A stretch of DNA of 64,000 nucleotides. It comes from Squalus acanthias. Lineage: Eukaryota. Both the position numbers and the translations under genes were made by a program. Below are positions 23,401 to 36,000 of the stretch, in pieces. The first letter of the stretch is position 1. Each line of letters opens with the position of its first letter. The stretch is from positions 186,682,001 to 186,746,000 of the forward strand of contig CM059427.1 in the NCBI GenBank assembly GCA_030390025.1, written 5' to 3'. Below the pieces are notes generated by a model. That model ran no database searches, was not told the DNA's origin, and worked only from the letters and a program-made list of their open reading frames with translations.

Positions 23401-26400
23401 CTCATGTCTTTACTCCCCCACAGGACCATCGAGAGCCCCCCTTCCCACTATCCAGGAAGTAGAGCCTGAAGAGCCTCAAGACTCCTCAGAGGAAGCTGCA
23501 ACCTCTGAGGCCGCAGTGTCAGCAGAATTAAGCGCACCCAGCACCAACGCAGATACGCACACCTCGGTGGCACCTTCGCAACATAGAGTAGTGTTGTCAC
23601 CAGGTGTATCACAGCTCACAATGAGCATCAGCAGATGAGCAGAGAAACCAGAGCTTCATGGAAGTCCTTTTGAGGAGGACTGCCAGTGCAGATAGGGGTC
23701 CTCATGGCCCCCCTGATGTGCAGCAAGGTGCTGTCCAGCCACTTGCTAGCACTGAAGTGGGGCTGACCCATGAGAGGGATGTTGGTGGCAGACAAGAAGG
23801 AAGTGTGGGCTCCTCTCCAAGCGCTCACTCTCCCATGCCACTGCCTAGCCGTCGGTCAGAGCCCCACCAGAGTCCTCACCCAACTGAGATGGGCGTCTCA
23901 GCCCCTGCACAGCCGCAGGAGGAGCAGACAGTTGCCCAGCCCTCACAGGCTCGCAACCCCAGAGGACGCCCGCCAAAGGTGTTGAAGCAGGAGCAGCATG
24001 AAAGTGAGCAAGGTGCCTCCACATCTACTGAAGCCACAGGTGAAGCACCACATAGAAGAACGCGTAAGAGGAAGATAAAGCACAATTAGTCACAAGAGTA
24101 GTCACTTGGGTGTTCTGTTCTGTTGTCTTTTGTTGTCTTTAATATTTTGCATTGTCCTTTTGTGCATTGATTAAACAAAAGTGATGGCAAACAGTTGAAG
24201 TTCTGGCCTATGTGATCTGGAAAATGGAAGTTGCACATTGAGGGCTCAGGGTGACTTGCATTTGTAATGATGGTGGTGAGAGTGATAGGAACCCACAGAT
24301 TCTTGTACATTGTGTATGGTGTGATAAGAAGGTGCCAGCCACATGTGTTTGATTCGTCTACCTAAGCGAATCTGGCAAAGACTAGTGCATCTCTTGCATC
24401 ACAGGCAGCAATGTGTTCACGTGCTGCTGCAGCTGGCTGATCCACCTCCGCAAGGTCTTCCTCCTCCTCCTCCTCCTCCTCCTCCTATGAGGTGGCTATG
24501 CGCTGAGCCACTTGTTCCTCAGGCAGCTGCAAGCCACGATGCTGTGTGATGTTGTGCAGTGTACAGCAGACTACGATGATTCTGGAGACCCTGGCTGCTG
24601 AGTACTGTAGGGCTCCACCTGATCTGTCAAGGCATCTGAATCGCATTTTGAGCAAGCCGATGGTTTGCTCAATGATGGCTCTGGTGGAAATGTGACTGGC
24701 ATTGTAGCGCTCTTCTGTTTCATTTGATGGCCTCCCCAATGGCATCATTAGCCATGTCTTCAGGGGATAGCCCTTGTCTCCAAGTAGCCATCCGGAAAGT
24801 TGGGTTGGCGGATTGAAGAGCGGAGGCACAATAGACTGCCGCAGGATGAACGAGTCATGGCAAATGCCAGGGTACTTTGCGCAAACATGCATAATGTCCT
24901 TTCTGTGGTTGCACACCAGCTGGACGTTAAGGGAGTGGAAGCCCTTGCAGTTGACAAAAACAGCTGAGTTGTGATGGGGTGCCCTAATGGCCACATGTGT
25001 GCAGTCTACGACACCCTGCACCCTTGGCAAGCCTGCCATATTTGCAAAGCCAACCGCACGCGCGGTTACACTTGCTTCATCCGTGGAGAAGTGGATGTAA
25101 TTGTGCGCCTTTCCAAAAAGGGCATCGGTTACCTGCGTGATGCAATTGTGTGCGGCCGACTGAGAGATGCCGCTGATGTCTGCTGATGAGCCCTGGAAGG
25201 ACCCAGAAGCAAAAAAATTGAGGGCAGTGGTGACTTTGACAGCCACTAATAAGGGGTGTCCACCAGGTGTTGGTGCAGCATTGAGCAGATGTCAGCGACA
25301 ACATCTCGCGAAAGTCTCAGACTCCTTTGGCACTGCTGCTCACTCATGTTGAGGAAGGTCATCCTCGGCCTGTAAACCCTGTGTTGGGGGTATCTCCTGC
25401 GGCGAGGTGCAGCCCTGCGCTGACGCCCTCTGCCCTGTGCAGCATCAGGTGGGTGAGGAGGAGGTTGGCGCTCCTGTTGTTGCTGCTGCTGTTTTGCCTG
25501 GTTCTGCTGCTGCCGCGGCTACTCTTTCTCCTAATCTGAGGACCAGGATGACAGGGTATAAATGGTTCCCATGCTGCTGGTAGATATGTCAGTTGAGGAA
25601 TAGAAGTTATAAGCGCTCAGTCAATTTGGGGAGAGGGTTTTCCCAGGAGGTCACAGTGGAGATGGATCTCAGCTTCACCACTTACAAGATCAGTAGATCT
25701 GCAAAAAGTTTTCCAAGACCTGAAAAACAAAGTTTTGTCATCTGTAAGTGAGCCTTGTTGCGAGCTCCGTTTTGATGCTGGAGCTGCAGCTGTCAAGAAG
25801 TCAGCCACTTGGTGAACCCGGCACAATCAGCTGGAGTGGTTTGGGAACGGCGTGGAACACGCAGAAAATGTGGAAAAATCGAAAACCGCTGTTAAAATAG
25901 GCTTATCCAGGCAGTTAACAAGCTTGGTGGTGGGACTGATCTGGACTCTGGGAGCCGGCATTTGGCAAAGTGGCGTGGATGCGGGTTGACGGCGGGATCG
26001 GACCCCGCCATCAATCAAAGCGATTTTACCCCCTGACTCACCTCCAAACCCACCCTCTGAGCGCCGGCAAAATCGCGGCCTCTGGGCTAGTCTTGCTGAG
26101 AAAATTTGAAGGCTTTAGCAGAAAGAGAGAAAAATAAAGAATGAGTACAGGTAAAAAATCTGTGAAAAATGTTAAATACAGAAGAGACAGATGTTCACTG
26201 TGAAAAAACTACAGGTTACCACCAACTGAAACAACAGCGACCTTGCTTTAAGGATTATGTTCAAGTGGGCCAGGCCCATGGAGCAGACGTGTGTCGATTT
26301 TACATGGGAGAGGTGAGCACTGGAGGCAGAATTTTGCCAAAACTCATGAAATTCAGCATGGGATCTTCTTTGAATAATTATTCCATGTAAATGAGGATTG

Positions 26401-29400
26401 AACTTGCCTGAAGGAACCATATTTAAAACATCGCAAAATTGCACAACCTGCAGCCGCCACCAGCAGGACTCCATGTCGCTGGCCCAGCCTCAGAATATTG
26501 GGCCTGTGACGTCATGGCGTCGTCCATGGGACAAAAAACACAACTTGTTAAAAATCATAAAGTTTTAATTTTTTCTAAATTTCTGTTTTATTTTGTGATT
26601 TGAATTCACCGAAGCTGTACAATTTTTAAACAGTTCATAGCTTTGACAAATGAAGTTGTGATGATCAAAACACAAAGTATTTTTATATAATTGTGTCTGG
26701 TAATTATTCTGGCTTTTCTCTGTTCCTCAGCAACCAGAAAATTCTAACACGTTGTTCTCTGTCTCTCTATCGCAGATTTATATCGGAAGAGTTACACACT
26801 TTATCGGTCAGGCACAGATCACAGTGAACTCGACCTGATTTGCTATAATGTTTACTTTTACAACACTGCTGCATGGACCTGGAGGTCACGTCATCTTCAA
26901 AATCAGGAGAAAGAAATAGCATCTGCTTCGATATCTCAGCTCATCAATGGAGACAGGACCTACTTTGGGAGTCGACTGGTGCCCACAGAGACAAAGTTTA
27001 ATGGCAAGAAGTTCAGTGTGAGGATTGTCCCTGTGCTGTTTGAAGATGCAGGAGTTTACGCATGTTTTCTGGGACCATATAAACTTGTGACCATTAAACT
27101 AATCACAGTAACAGGTAGGAGACAGAATGCTATTGTTATTTTCAATGATCAAGACATTGGCCCAAAAATTCGGCCGTTCCCGTGTGAGTACTCAATGTGT
27201 ACTCACCCGTATTCATTCCCGAAGTGCCGGTTTCCTGCATGCACTGCGCATGCGCGGGAAACCGGAACTTCCGGTATGTTGAAGGGGGCGGTTCCTAGGT
27301 GAACCGCGTGCGCGCTAGAGGCTGCGCGCACGCAGCACACTTAGATTTTATTTCAGGTTTCAATGCGAGGGTAAGTATTGAAGATTCGACGCTAATAAAA
27401 AGGAGGCGTAAGACCCCTTTTGAACAAGGTAAGTAGTTAATTAAGTATAATTTTAAATTTTTTTCAACAGGTTTATCTTTTTTAGATACTTTAAAGAAAG
27501 GTAAGTTTATTTTTATAACTTTTAAAAAGTATTTTAACTTTTTCAAAAATTTAAATTTTTGTTTAAAGTGGTTAATTTATTTAACTATAGTTATTTTATA
27601 AATGTGATGGTTTTTTTTTTAAATTCATTTTAAGTTTAGCTGTTCTTTTGGGGCCGATTTCAGTTCACAGATTTGACAGGTCTCCTGTCAAATCTATGAA
27701 TGAAAGATGGTCTGCTGCCATTGGCTCTCCATGGCCCACGTGATCCCAGGGGTCGCATCGCACTAACTGCTCCCCTGGGACACGCAAGCACTGCGCGCCG
27801 GCTCTTGGGAGAGGCCCAGGACCCGAAGTTCCTGTGGGCCCAAAACACAACGGCAGGTGCGGTGGGTAAGAGCGCACGCGATCCTTACCCCCGCGGCAAG
27901 CCGGCCACGCGAATTTCTAGGCCATTGTTTAAAATCTAAATGTTTTTCTTGTTTACACAGTCACAGCTGAACCATCTGATGCAGTGACTGAGGGAGACAC
28001 CGTTATCCTGACCTGCTCTGTCTCTGATGTCACTGAATTAATGAGACTTGTTTGGATCAATAGTGATGGCAAAACTGTTGGAGAAGTAACATTGAATGGA
28101 TGGAATGGGGAAGAGAAATCATTGAGACTGATTATTCAGAAAGCTGACAGAGGCAGAGGGAACTGGATATGTGCTTTGTTTCATCAAAATAGGCCCCGGG
28201 TTTTAGTCCCGTACTATCTGGAGCCCAGTGGTAAGTGACCCAGAGTTTGCTCTTTATATTTATAACCTCGATAGAAAATTCTGGTCACTTATTGTTCTTG
28301 TTGCCAGAAGTAGCCCCTCCTTTATATCCTGTGTGTGAGGCTTTACAGTGGGGCAGAGCCTCAGAAAATCTACCCTGAGATAAATACTGTGGCTACAAGG
28401 GCAGGTCAGATGCTGGGTATTCTGCGACGAGTGACTCACCTCCTGACTCCCCAAAGCCTTTCCACCAACTACAAAGCACAAGTCAGGAGTGTTATGGAAT
28501 CCTCTCCACTTCCCTGGATGAGTGCAGCTCCAACAGCACTCAAGAAGCAAAGCTTCAAATTCAGAATTCCCATGTGGGCTCCCTGCACACCAACCCTGTC
28601 CTGCAACATCACCTGCTCTCTACATCCTGTTAAATAACATGAATTCTCAACAACACTCAAGATGCTCAACATCACCCGGGACAAAGCAATCCGCTTGATT
28701 GGCAGCCCCTCCACCACATCCACCACCAGCGCAACATGACTGTAGTGGGGACCATTTACAAGATGCACTGCAGCAAATCACCAAGGCTTCTTCAACAGCA
28801 CCTCCGAAACACACAAACTCTACCACCTAGAAGGACAAGGGCAGCAGGTGCATGGGAACACCGCCACCTCCAAGTTTCCCTCCAAGTCACACACAATCCT
28901 GACTTGGGAATATATCACCATTCCCTCATTGTCGCTGGGTCAAATTACCCGGAACTCCCTACCTAACAACACTGTGGGAATATCTTCACCACACGGACTG
29001 CACAGGTTCAAGAAGGCGGCTCACCACCACCTTCTCAAGGGCAATTAGGGATGGGCAATAAATGCTGGCCCTGCCAGCGACACCCACATCCCGTGAATGA
29101 AAAAAAAAACTCAGCACAGCCTGAGATTGAGCTTGGATCGTACCTGGTCTGTGTCTCAACTACACTCTTGGGTAACAGTCTGAGACAGGGCAAGTTTTTT
29201 TTTGACAGCAGAGTGGTACAGAAGCTGTTTCGATTGGTTTTCTGACCCAGAATCAATCAGAATACTGAGGCAGAATGCCAAAAAAATCACAGCAAAAAGT
29301 CATTCTCAGCTGCAAACATTGTAATTGAAACTCCCCACTCTTCAGGCTCAGAGAAACTCTTCTTCTCTGCCTGTCTCAGCTCATCCTGGAAACATCGGAG

Positions 29401-29967
29401 CCTCATCACTCTCATTCTAACTGAGGGCTCGTGCATTGTGAGCGCAAGAGCAGGAAACTCGAGGCTGCAGAGCCACTGGCCCGTATTATAATATATGTAA
29501 ATTAGCTCATTTGGGAACTGCACCGGTAGATCATGGGAAGAGACAAAGGGCTCGATTTTGCCAGGCCCGAGGAGGTGGGAATGGAGGCGTGAGGGGTGTT
29601 AAAATTGCAAACAATGGTGGGCGGGCCCGACTCCGCCTCCGAGCAATTTTCCCAAATGCGTGGTTTCTGATCCCGTCTCCGTCCCACCTCCAAGAGGCGG
29701 GATAGGCCCTTAAGGCCCTTAACAACCACTTAATTGTCTCTATAATCCCATTTTGAGAGACCTTTCTGATTTTAAGACTTTTCCGACGTGATGCACGCCT
29801 CCTCTGAAACACGACGGTGAACCCTGGCGGGAGCACACTTGGATTGCTGACTATCAGCTGCAGGTCCACTATTAAGAAGGAGATTTGATCAATCATCATT
29901 CTGGGGGAACTTTTAGCAGTCATAACCATTGTTGTGGAACTTTGGAGCCTGGAGCCTGGAGTAGGAG

Positions 29968-30013
<46 letters not shown>

Positions 30014-33000
30014 GGTGGTGGTGGTGGTGGTGGTGGTGGTGAAAAATTGTGGGATCAGACTTAGGTCTCCTGCTGCTCATTTTGCCTCCAGGTCCCTCTC
30101 ACAGCAAAGGCCAAAAGCTTCCCAGTCTTTGCAGACCTTAAATGCAGCAGCAATGATGACATCATCAGAGGCGACTTTCAGACTGAAAAAACTAATTGGG
30201 TCATGGGTTCCCACATGCTGGAACTCAATTGCCCAATTAGGGGAAAATCGAATAATTCTCCCACAACCAATTGGAGTCAGGTGGCTAACACGAAAAGTGG
30301 ATGACACGACCCCAGCCCGCCCCAATGACAAAATCGAAGCCCAGGCTGCAAGATTCTCAGTTCAGTTCAGTTCAGTTCAGCTTGGTGCTGTGTGAACAGG
30401 TGAGCTCCACACCCCAGCTGCTTGCGGGGAATGCTAGTGTGGAGGGCCCAGTGCAGAAGGCCCGGGGAGGAAAGGCTGTGAGATTCTCAACTCAGCTTAA
30501 CTCGGTGCTGTGTGAACGGGCTGCTCCACACCCCGGCTGCTCGCGGGGAATGCCGGTGCGGAGGGCCCGGTGCAGAAGGCCCAAGGTGGAAGACCCGGAG
30601 GAGAGTGGCCTAGGCGGGAGGCCCAGCACGGGGGGCCCAGGGCGGGGCGGCTGGTCGGCAGAGGTGGAGTCGGGAGATGCTGTTGGTGAGCATTGCTGCA
30701 CTGGTTCTAAAAGTTGCAGAATGGTCTCGGGCCTGAATGAGTTCCAGCGGCCCAGCATGTGCTCTGTCCGGCGGCAGCTGTGAGGCTTTTTCTTGGTCAT
30801 GGGACCGGTTTATGCATCGCCATATTGGTGGAGGAAAGACAAACTGTTTCCATCTGTAATGTGGCGCGTGAGCGGTTACAAGATGGAAAATGTGAAGGGT
30901 TAAAAGACGGAAAATAAAAGGAAAGTAAAAGACAAAGCAAAGTAATATTGGTAAGGAATGATGAGTATTCTTTGATGGTTGGGTCCTGTGAGCGATAACA
31001 GCAAGCAGAAGAAGATTTGAGTGTGCGGTCTTTTTTACGGGATTTCAGGAAGTGGATGGCTTCTTTTTCCGTGGAAGGGCTGAAGACTGTGGACAAGGAC
31101 TATGGGCTGGATTTTGAATGACCCATGGAGTCGGGTTTGGAGGCGTGTGGGGGGTTAAATTTGCGGGGTCGGGGTTTCCGACCCCATCCCGACTCCACGC
31201 AATTTTGACAGAATCAGTCACGGGGTTCACGACTCTGTCCCGCCTTCAAGAGGTGGGAGAGGTCATTAAAGCCCTTAACAAGCTGTAAATTGGCTCTGTA
31301 ATGCCATTTTGAAACACTGTAGCTAGTTTAACCCTCTTCTGACGTGAAGTACGCCTGGTGTGAAACACTCCAGTGAAACCTGGCGGGAGCACAAGTGGAT
31401 AGCTGACTATGAGCTGCAGGTCCACTATTACAACGGAGATATGATGAAGGTAATAGTAGTATTAGGTCTTAACGTCGCCTCTGATGCTGCTGCATTGAAT
31501 GTCTTCAGAGACTGCCGGGGAGGACTGCTTGGCAAAAAATTCTCTCTCTCTCTCCCTCTCTCCCTCTCTCCCCATCCAGGTCCACTCACATCAAAAGCCA
31601 GGCAGGTCCTCTCTCACCAACAGTCTCTGAGACTAGGCAGTCAGCAATGATGACATCATCAGAGGCGACTTTCAGACTGAAAACACTAATTAGTTCATGG
31701 GTTCCCACATGCTTCAACTCAATTGCCCAATTAAGTGAAAATTGCATCAGCCATCCACATTAATCTGGAGTCGGGGGTGAAACACGAAATGCGGATTACA
31801 CGACCCCAACCCGACCCCAAGACAAAATCCAGCCCTATGACTTTACATGGTTCGACAACATCAAATGATATGAGTTAATGGATTGCCAATAGGACTGGCG
31901 TAGAACTGGTATTTAATTGTTTTGTTGGGAAGGTTTCAGGTTTTCTGTTTGAAAGCAGTTTACTTGAAGCTTAATTGATTTTCTGATAAGGACTGTGGGA
32001 ATTTGCACATGGTGATGTATTGGTGGTTATGTAGGAATTTACTTTGAGGTTATTGTCTAGTGTTGGTGTGGTTGAAAAGATAAAGTAAATTAATATTGGT
32101 AATTTATTGAACGAACGGACGCTCGAGTGAACGAACGGACGAACGATTCGAACGAACGCATTCATGCATATTGGAACTTACACTCGATCGAACGAATGAT
32201 CACTTGTGCAGTGATAGAACGAACGATTCGAGCGAACGCACGCAGGCGCGCACTTAGACAAATGCTACGCACGCACGCATTCAGACATACATATTGGAAC
32301 TTACCCTCGATCAAACGAGCGACCTCATGGGGAAGTGGTCGAACGAACGATTCGAGCGAATGCAAGCATGCACATTGGAACTTACACTCGAGCGAACGAA
32401 TGATCGCGTGGTGAACGATCAAACGAACGATAATCGAGCGAACGCATACAAGCGCGCACTTAGACAAATGATACGCACGCACTCATACATACATATTGGA
32501 ACTTACGCTTGATCGAACCAACGAACCAACGCTTGAATGAACGAACGAACAATTGAATGAATGATCGAATGATCGAACGAACAATGCCAGTAGGACTGGT
32601 GTAAAATGGGATTTTTTTTTCTCGGTTTATTTGAATAAGTGTTATCTGTAGCATTTAATTGGATTATGATGGTGCTATGTGTTTGTACACTGGTGTTGAA
32701 ATGGTTTTTGTTTTATGTGGAGTTAACTTTCAGATTTATTATTTTAAATCTAAAAAGTTGTGTGGTATTGTTTAAGAGTATTTGTACTGTAAACATTATT
32801 GATTATTTGTAAAAAAAAAGACAAAATCGAAATCCATAAAGCTGTTTTTTAAGGCTTTATTGTTTATTGTGATCAAGGAATGAAAAGGTTTACTATGTAA
32901 TTGATGAGTTGTATAAGTACTATTGTACTTGAATAAAAAAGATTAATGACAAAATCGAGCCCAAAATGTCCAAGGGGATTCAGGAGCATTGATTTTAACG

Positions 33001-36000
33001 GGAAAAACAAAGGAAACAGCTTCTTCCCCACTTTGATCTAAAAAAGGTTACACTGCTAGTGCGGAATTGCTGAATTTAGTCAGTGAGCACTTGAGGTCCC
33101 CCTCAGGAGCAAATCTCTTCATGTGCAGAATTCTGTAAGCTGCAACTGGAAAAAGCAGAGACAATGCCACCCTGGAGCTAAGCCGAGCATCCACATATGT
33201 GAGTTTGTGAACATGCAGTGTGCAGATAACTTGTGTTGGCAGCTTGCTCGATGTGCATTTAGATGTGCAATGTTAATGGGCATTTGGAAAGTGGGTGAAC
33301 AGCTGCCAGAGATCTTTGCAATTTCCCACCTTGATGCTCCATCAAGCTTGCAGTGAAGTGCTGATAGCCTGCATTGTAAAAGTAAGATTGCAAAAGGAGG
33401 CAAAGTGTGAGCAGGTTTATCTTAGCAACCCTTGTGAGATCAGCAAATGTCTCCCTCATCTACTCCTCGATTGCTAAGCAGTGTGTAAGAGGAGGGAGCA
33501 GAGGAGGCAGAGGCTGCCTTGATTTTGGACAAAAAAGTCTGTCAGGATTGGAGGCGGGTCGGGAATGAAAGTTGAAATAACTTGGAGCTGGTCGGGAACC
33601 CGCCGTCATCCTGCCTCTACGCACCTTTCCCTCTGCCACGTTTGCCAGCGCGGCAGCGACCCTAACGGCAGAGGCAGCCGAGCTAATTTAGATGATTATT
33701 AGGACTTGTCGAACCCTTAATTGTCTTTTTAACCCGACCTTTCAAATTTCCCTGGATGACCACGGGAATCACGCAGCTCGGGAATCACCTCTGTGAACCT
33801 GAGCCGGAAGTTCAGTGGCCATTGATCCAGCTCATTAGTGCACAGCATGGAAAGCACAATAAATACTCCCACCTGACACCTGCTTACTTTGCTAAGGCAG
33901 GTGCTGTTGCTGAGTGCATTGTCAGCACAGATTTAGCTTTCTAGAGGTTGCAAATGTTTTCAACAAAGTTGGGATCCACTGTCACCTCATTGGTAGAACC
34001 TATCACACCATTGACACATTGCTTCTGTCATCTCCACTGACCTGCCATCTATTACATCAGCATGGGTGCCGTTTATACTGTCTCACCTTGGTCCTCAGAA
34101 TAGGATCACGATGAGCTCCAACACCAGCAGCACCAGGCACACCAGCAGCACCAACAATCACACCAGCAACCTTCCCCTCACCAACCTGATGCTGCACAGG
34201 ACAGAGGACATCAGAGCTGCAATACGCCGGAGACGATACCCACAACACAGGGTATACAGGCAGAGGATGAGCTTCCTCAACATGACTGAGCAGCAGTGCC
34301 AAAGGAGGCTCAGGCTATGGCGCCAGGTCATCACAGACATTTGCAGGTTGCTGGAGCAAAACCTGCAGCCCAGAGGAACGGGTGGACACGCCTTACCAGT
34401 GGCTGTCAAAGTCACCAGCACCCTCAACTTCTTCACCTCAGGCTCCTTCAGGGATCTGCAACAGACATTTGCGGCATCTCGCAGTTGGCCACTCACAGAT
34501 GCATCACACAGGGCACCGTTGCCCTTTTTACAATTCAGCCAATTATATCAACTTTGCCACTGATGAAGCCAGTGTTACTGAGCGGGTGCTCGGCTTTGCC
34601 ACTCTGGCTGGCTTCCCACAGGTGCAGGGCATCATCGACTGCACACATGTCCATCAGGGCACCCCATCATCACCCAGGAGTGTTTGTGAACCGCAAGGGC
34701 TTCCACTCCCTCAATGTGCAGCTCGTCTCCAATCATAGGAAGATCATCATGCATGAGTGTCTCAAATTGCCTGGCAGCTGTCATGAATCTTTCGTCCTGC
34801 GCCAGTCCACCCTCCCTCAGCTCTTCGCTGCTCTAAACAGACTATCCGGCTGGCTGCTTGGAGACGAGGGCTATCCACTGAAGATGTGGCTCATGACACC
34901 CTAGAGGAGGCCAAGTACTGAGGCCCAGGAGAGATATAATGAAAGACACATTTCCACCAGCAGTGTCATAGAGCAGACAATGGGCATGCTGAAAATGCAC
35001 TTCCGATGCCTTGACAGATCTGGAGGAGCCCTTCGGCATGCACCAGCCAGGGTCTCCCGAATCATCGTGGTCTGCTGCGCCCTGCACAAAATAGCACAGC
35101 GTGAGGATTAGTGCTGCATGAGGAGTAAGGCACTGAGCGCACAGCCTCTTCGGAGGAGGAGGAGGAGGACGTACTTGCAGTCCAGATCCCCCCCATCGCC
35201 CGAGCACATTGCTGCCCGGGAGGCCAGGGATAGTCTCATCATGTCCAGATTTACTTAACTTTACACAGTACACCCATATGGCTGCCATATGCTGCACCAG
35301 GTTCCCAACACCCAACACCAACACCATAAAGCATCCCAACAATGACCAAGCCATTCCTTTCACACTGACCCCCATTGCTGGAGGTAACGTTATGTCTCAC
35401 CATTCACTCCAACTCACTAAGCCACTTCCAAAGTTACAGACAGGTTTCGTCATGACCGGAAAGTGGTGAAAATAATTTTTTTTCTGTGACATCAGATTAA
35501 CGGAAACTTCACACAGTTATTAAAACACCCAAGTGCTTACCCTTGTGAATCTACTTGTGTGTAATCTTTCATTACGCGTGCTTCTATGAGGTGCTACCCC
35601 TATAGCTTCAGCAGAGGTAGAGGCAGCCTGCTCACTTCCCTGCTGCGACTGCACAGACACTTTTGGCAGACGTCCTCTAGGTCGAGGAGCCTGCGATGGC
35701 CCCAGCGAAGTCTGCTCCTCCTGCGACTGTGCAGAGGCAGACTCGCCCATCGCGATCCCAGAAGGCATGTGGGGCTCTGACTGAGGGGCAGGCAACATGG
35801 GAGAAGTGCGAGCGCTTTGAGTGGAGCCCCCACTTCCATGTCCCCTCTCACCATCATCCCTCTCATGGGCCACCCACACATCCCTGCTAGCAAGGAGGTG
35901 GACAGCACCTTGCTGCTCAACAGTGGGTCCATGAGGACCCAAGTCTACATTTACATCTCTCCTAGAGAGGAGGTCTATGAGCGTCTGCCATCTATTCTCC

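Larger units (their letters stand above)
22254..26080. mobile_element. Full-length PIF/Harbinger DNA transposon (3.8 kb)
   Basis: Perfect 12-bp TIRs GGCCGCGATTTT / AAAATCGCGGCC, 3-bp TSD TCT on both sides, and convergent Myb/SANT-like and DDE transposase genes. Confidence 0.95.
29548..32962. mobile_element. Harbinger-type MITE expanded by a 2.6-kb insert
   Basis: Perfect 13-bp TIRs GGGCTCGATTTTG / CAAAATCGAGCCC, flanked by AAA; the right end is duplicated at about 30324-30342. Confidence 0.75.

Noticed and set aside
32110-32585. CRISPR-like repeat-spacer appearance
   Set aside because: The spacers are similar to each other and irregular in length, the context is eukaryotic, and there are no cas genes.
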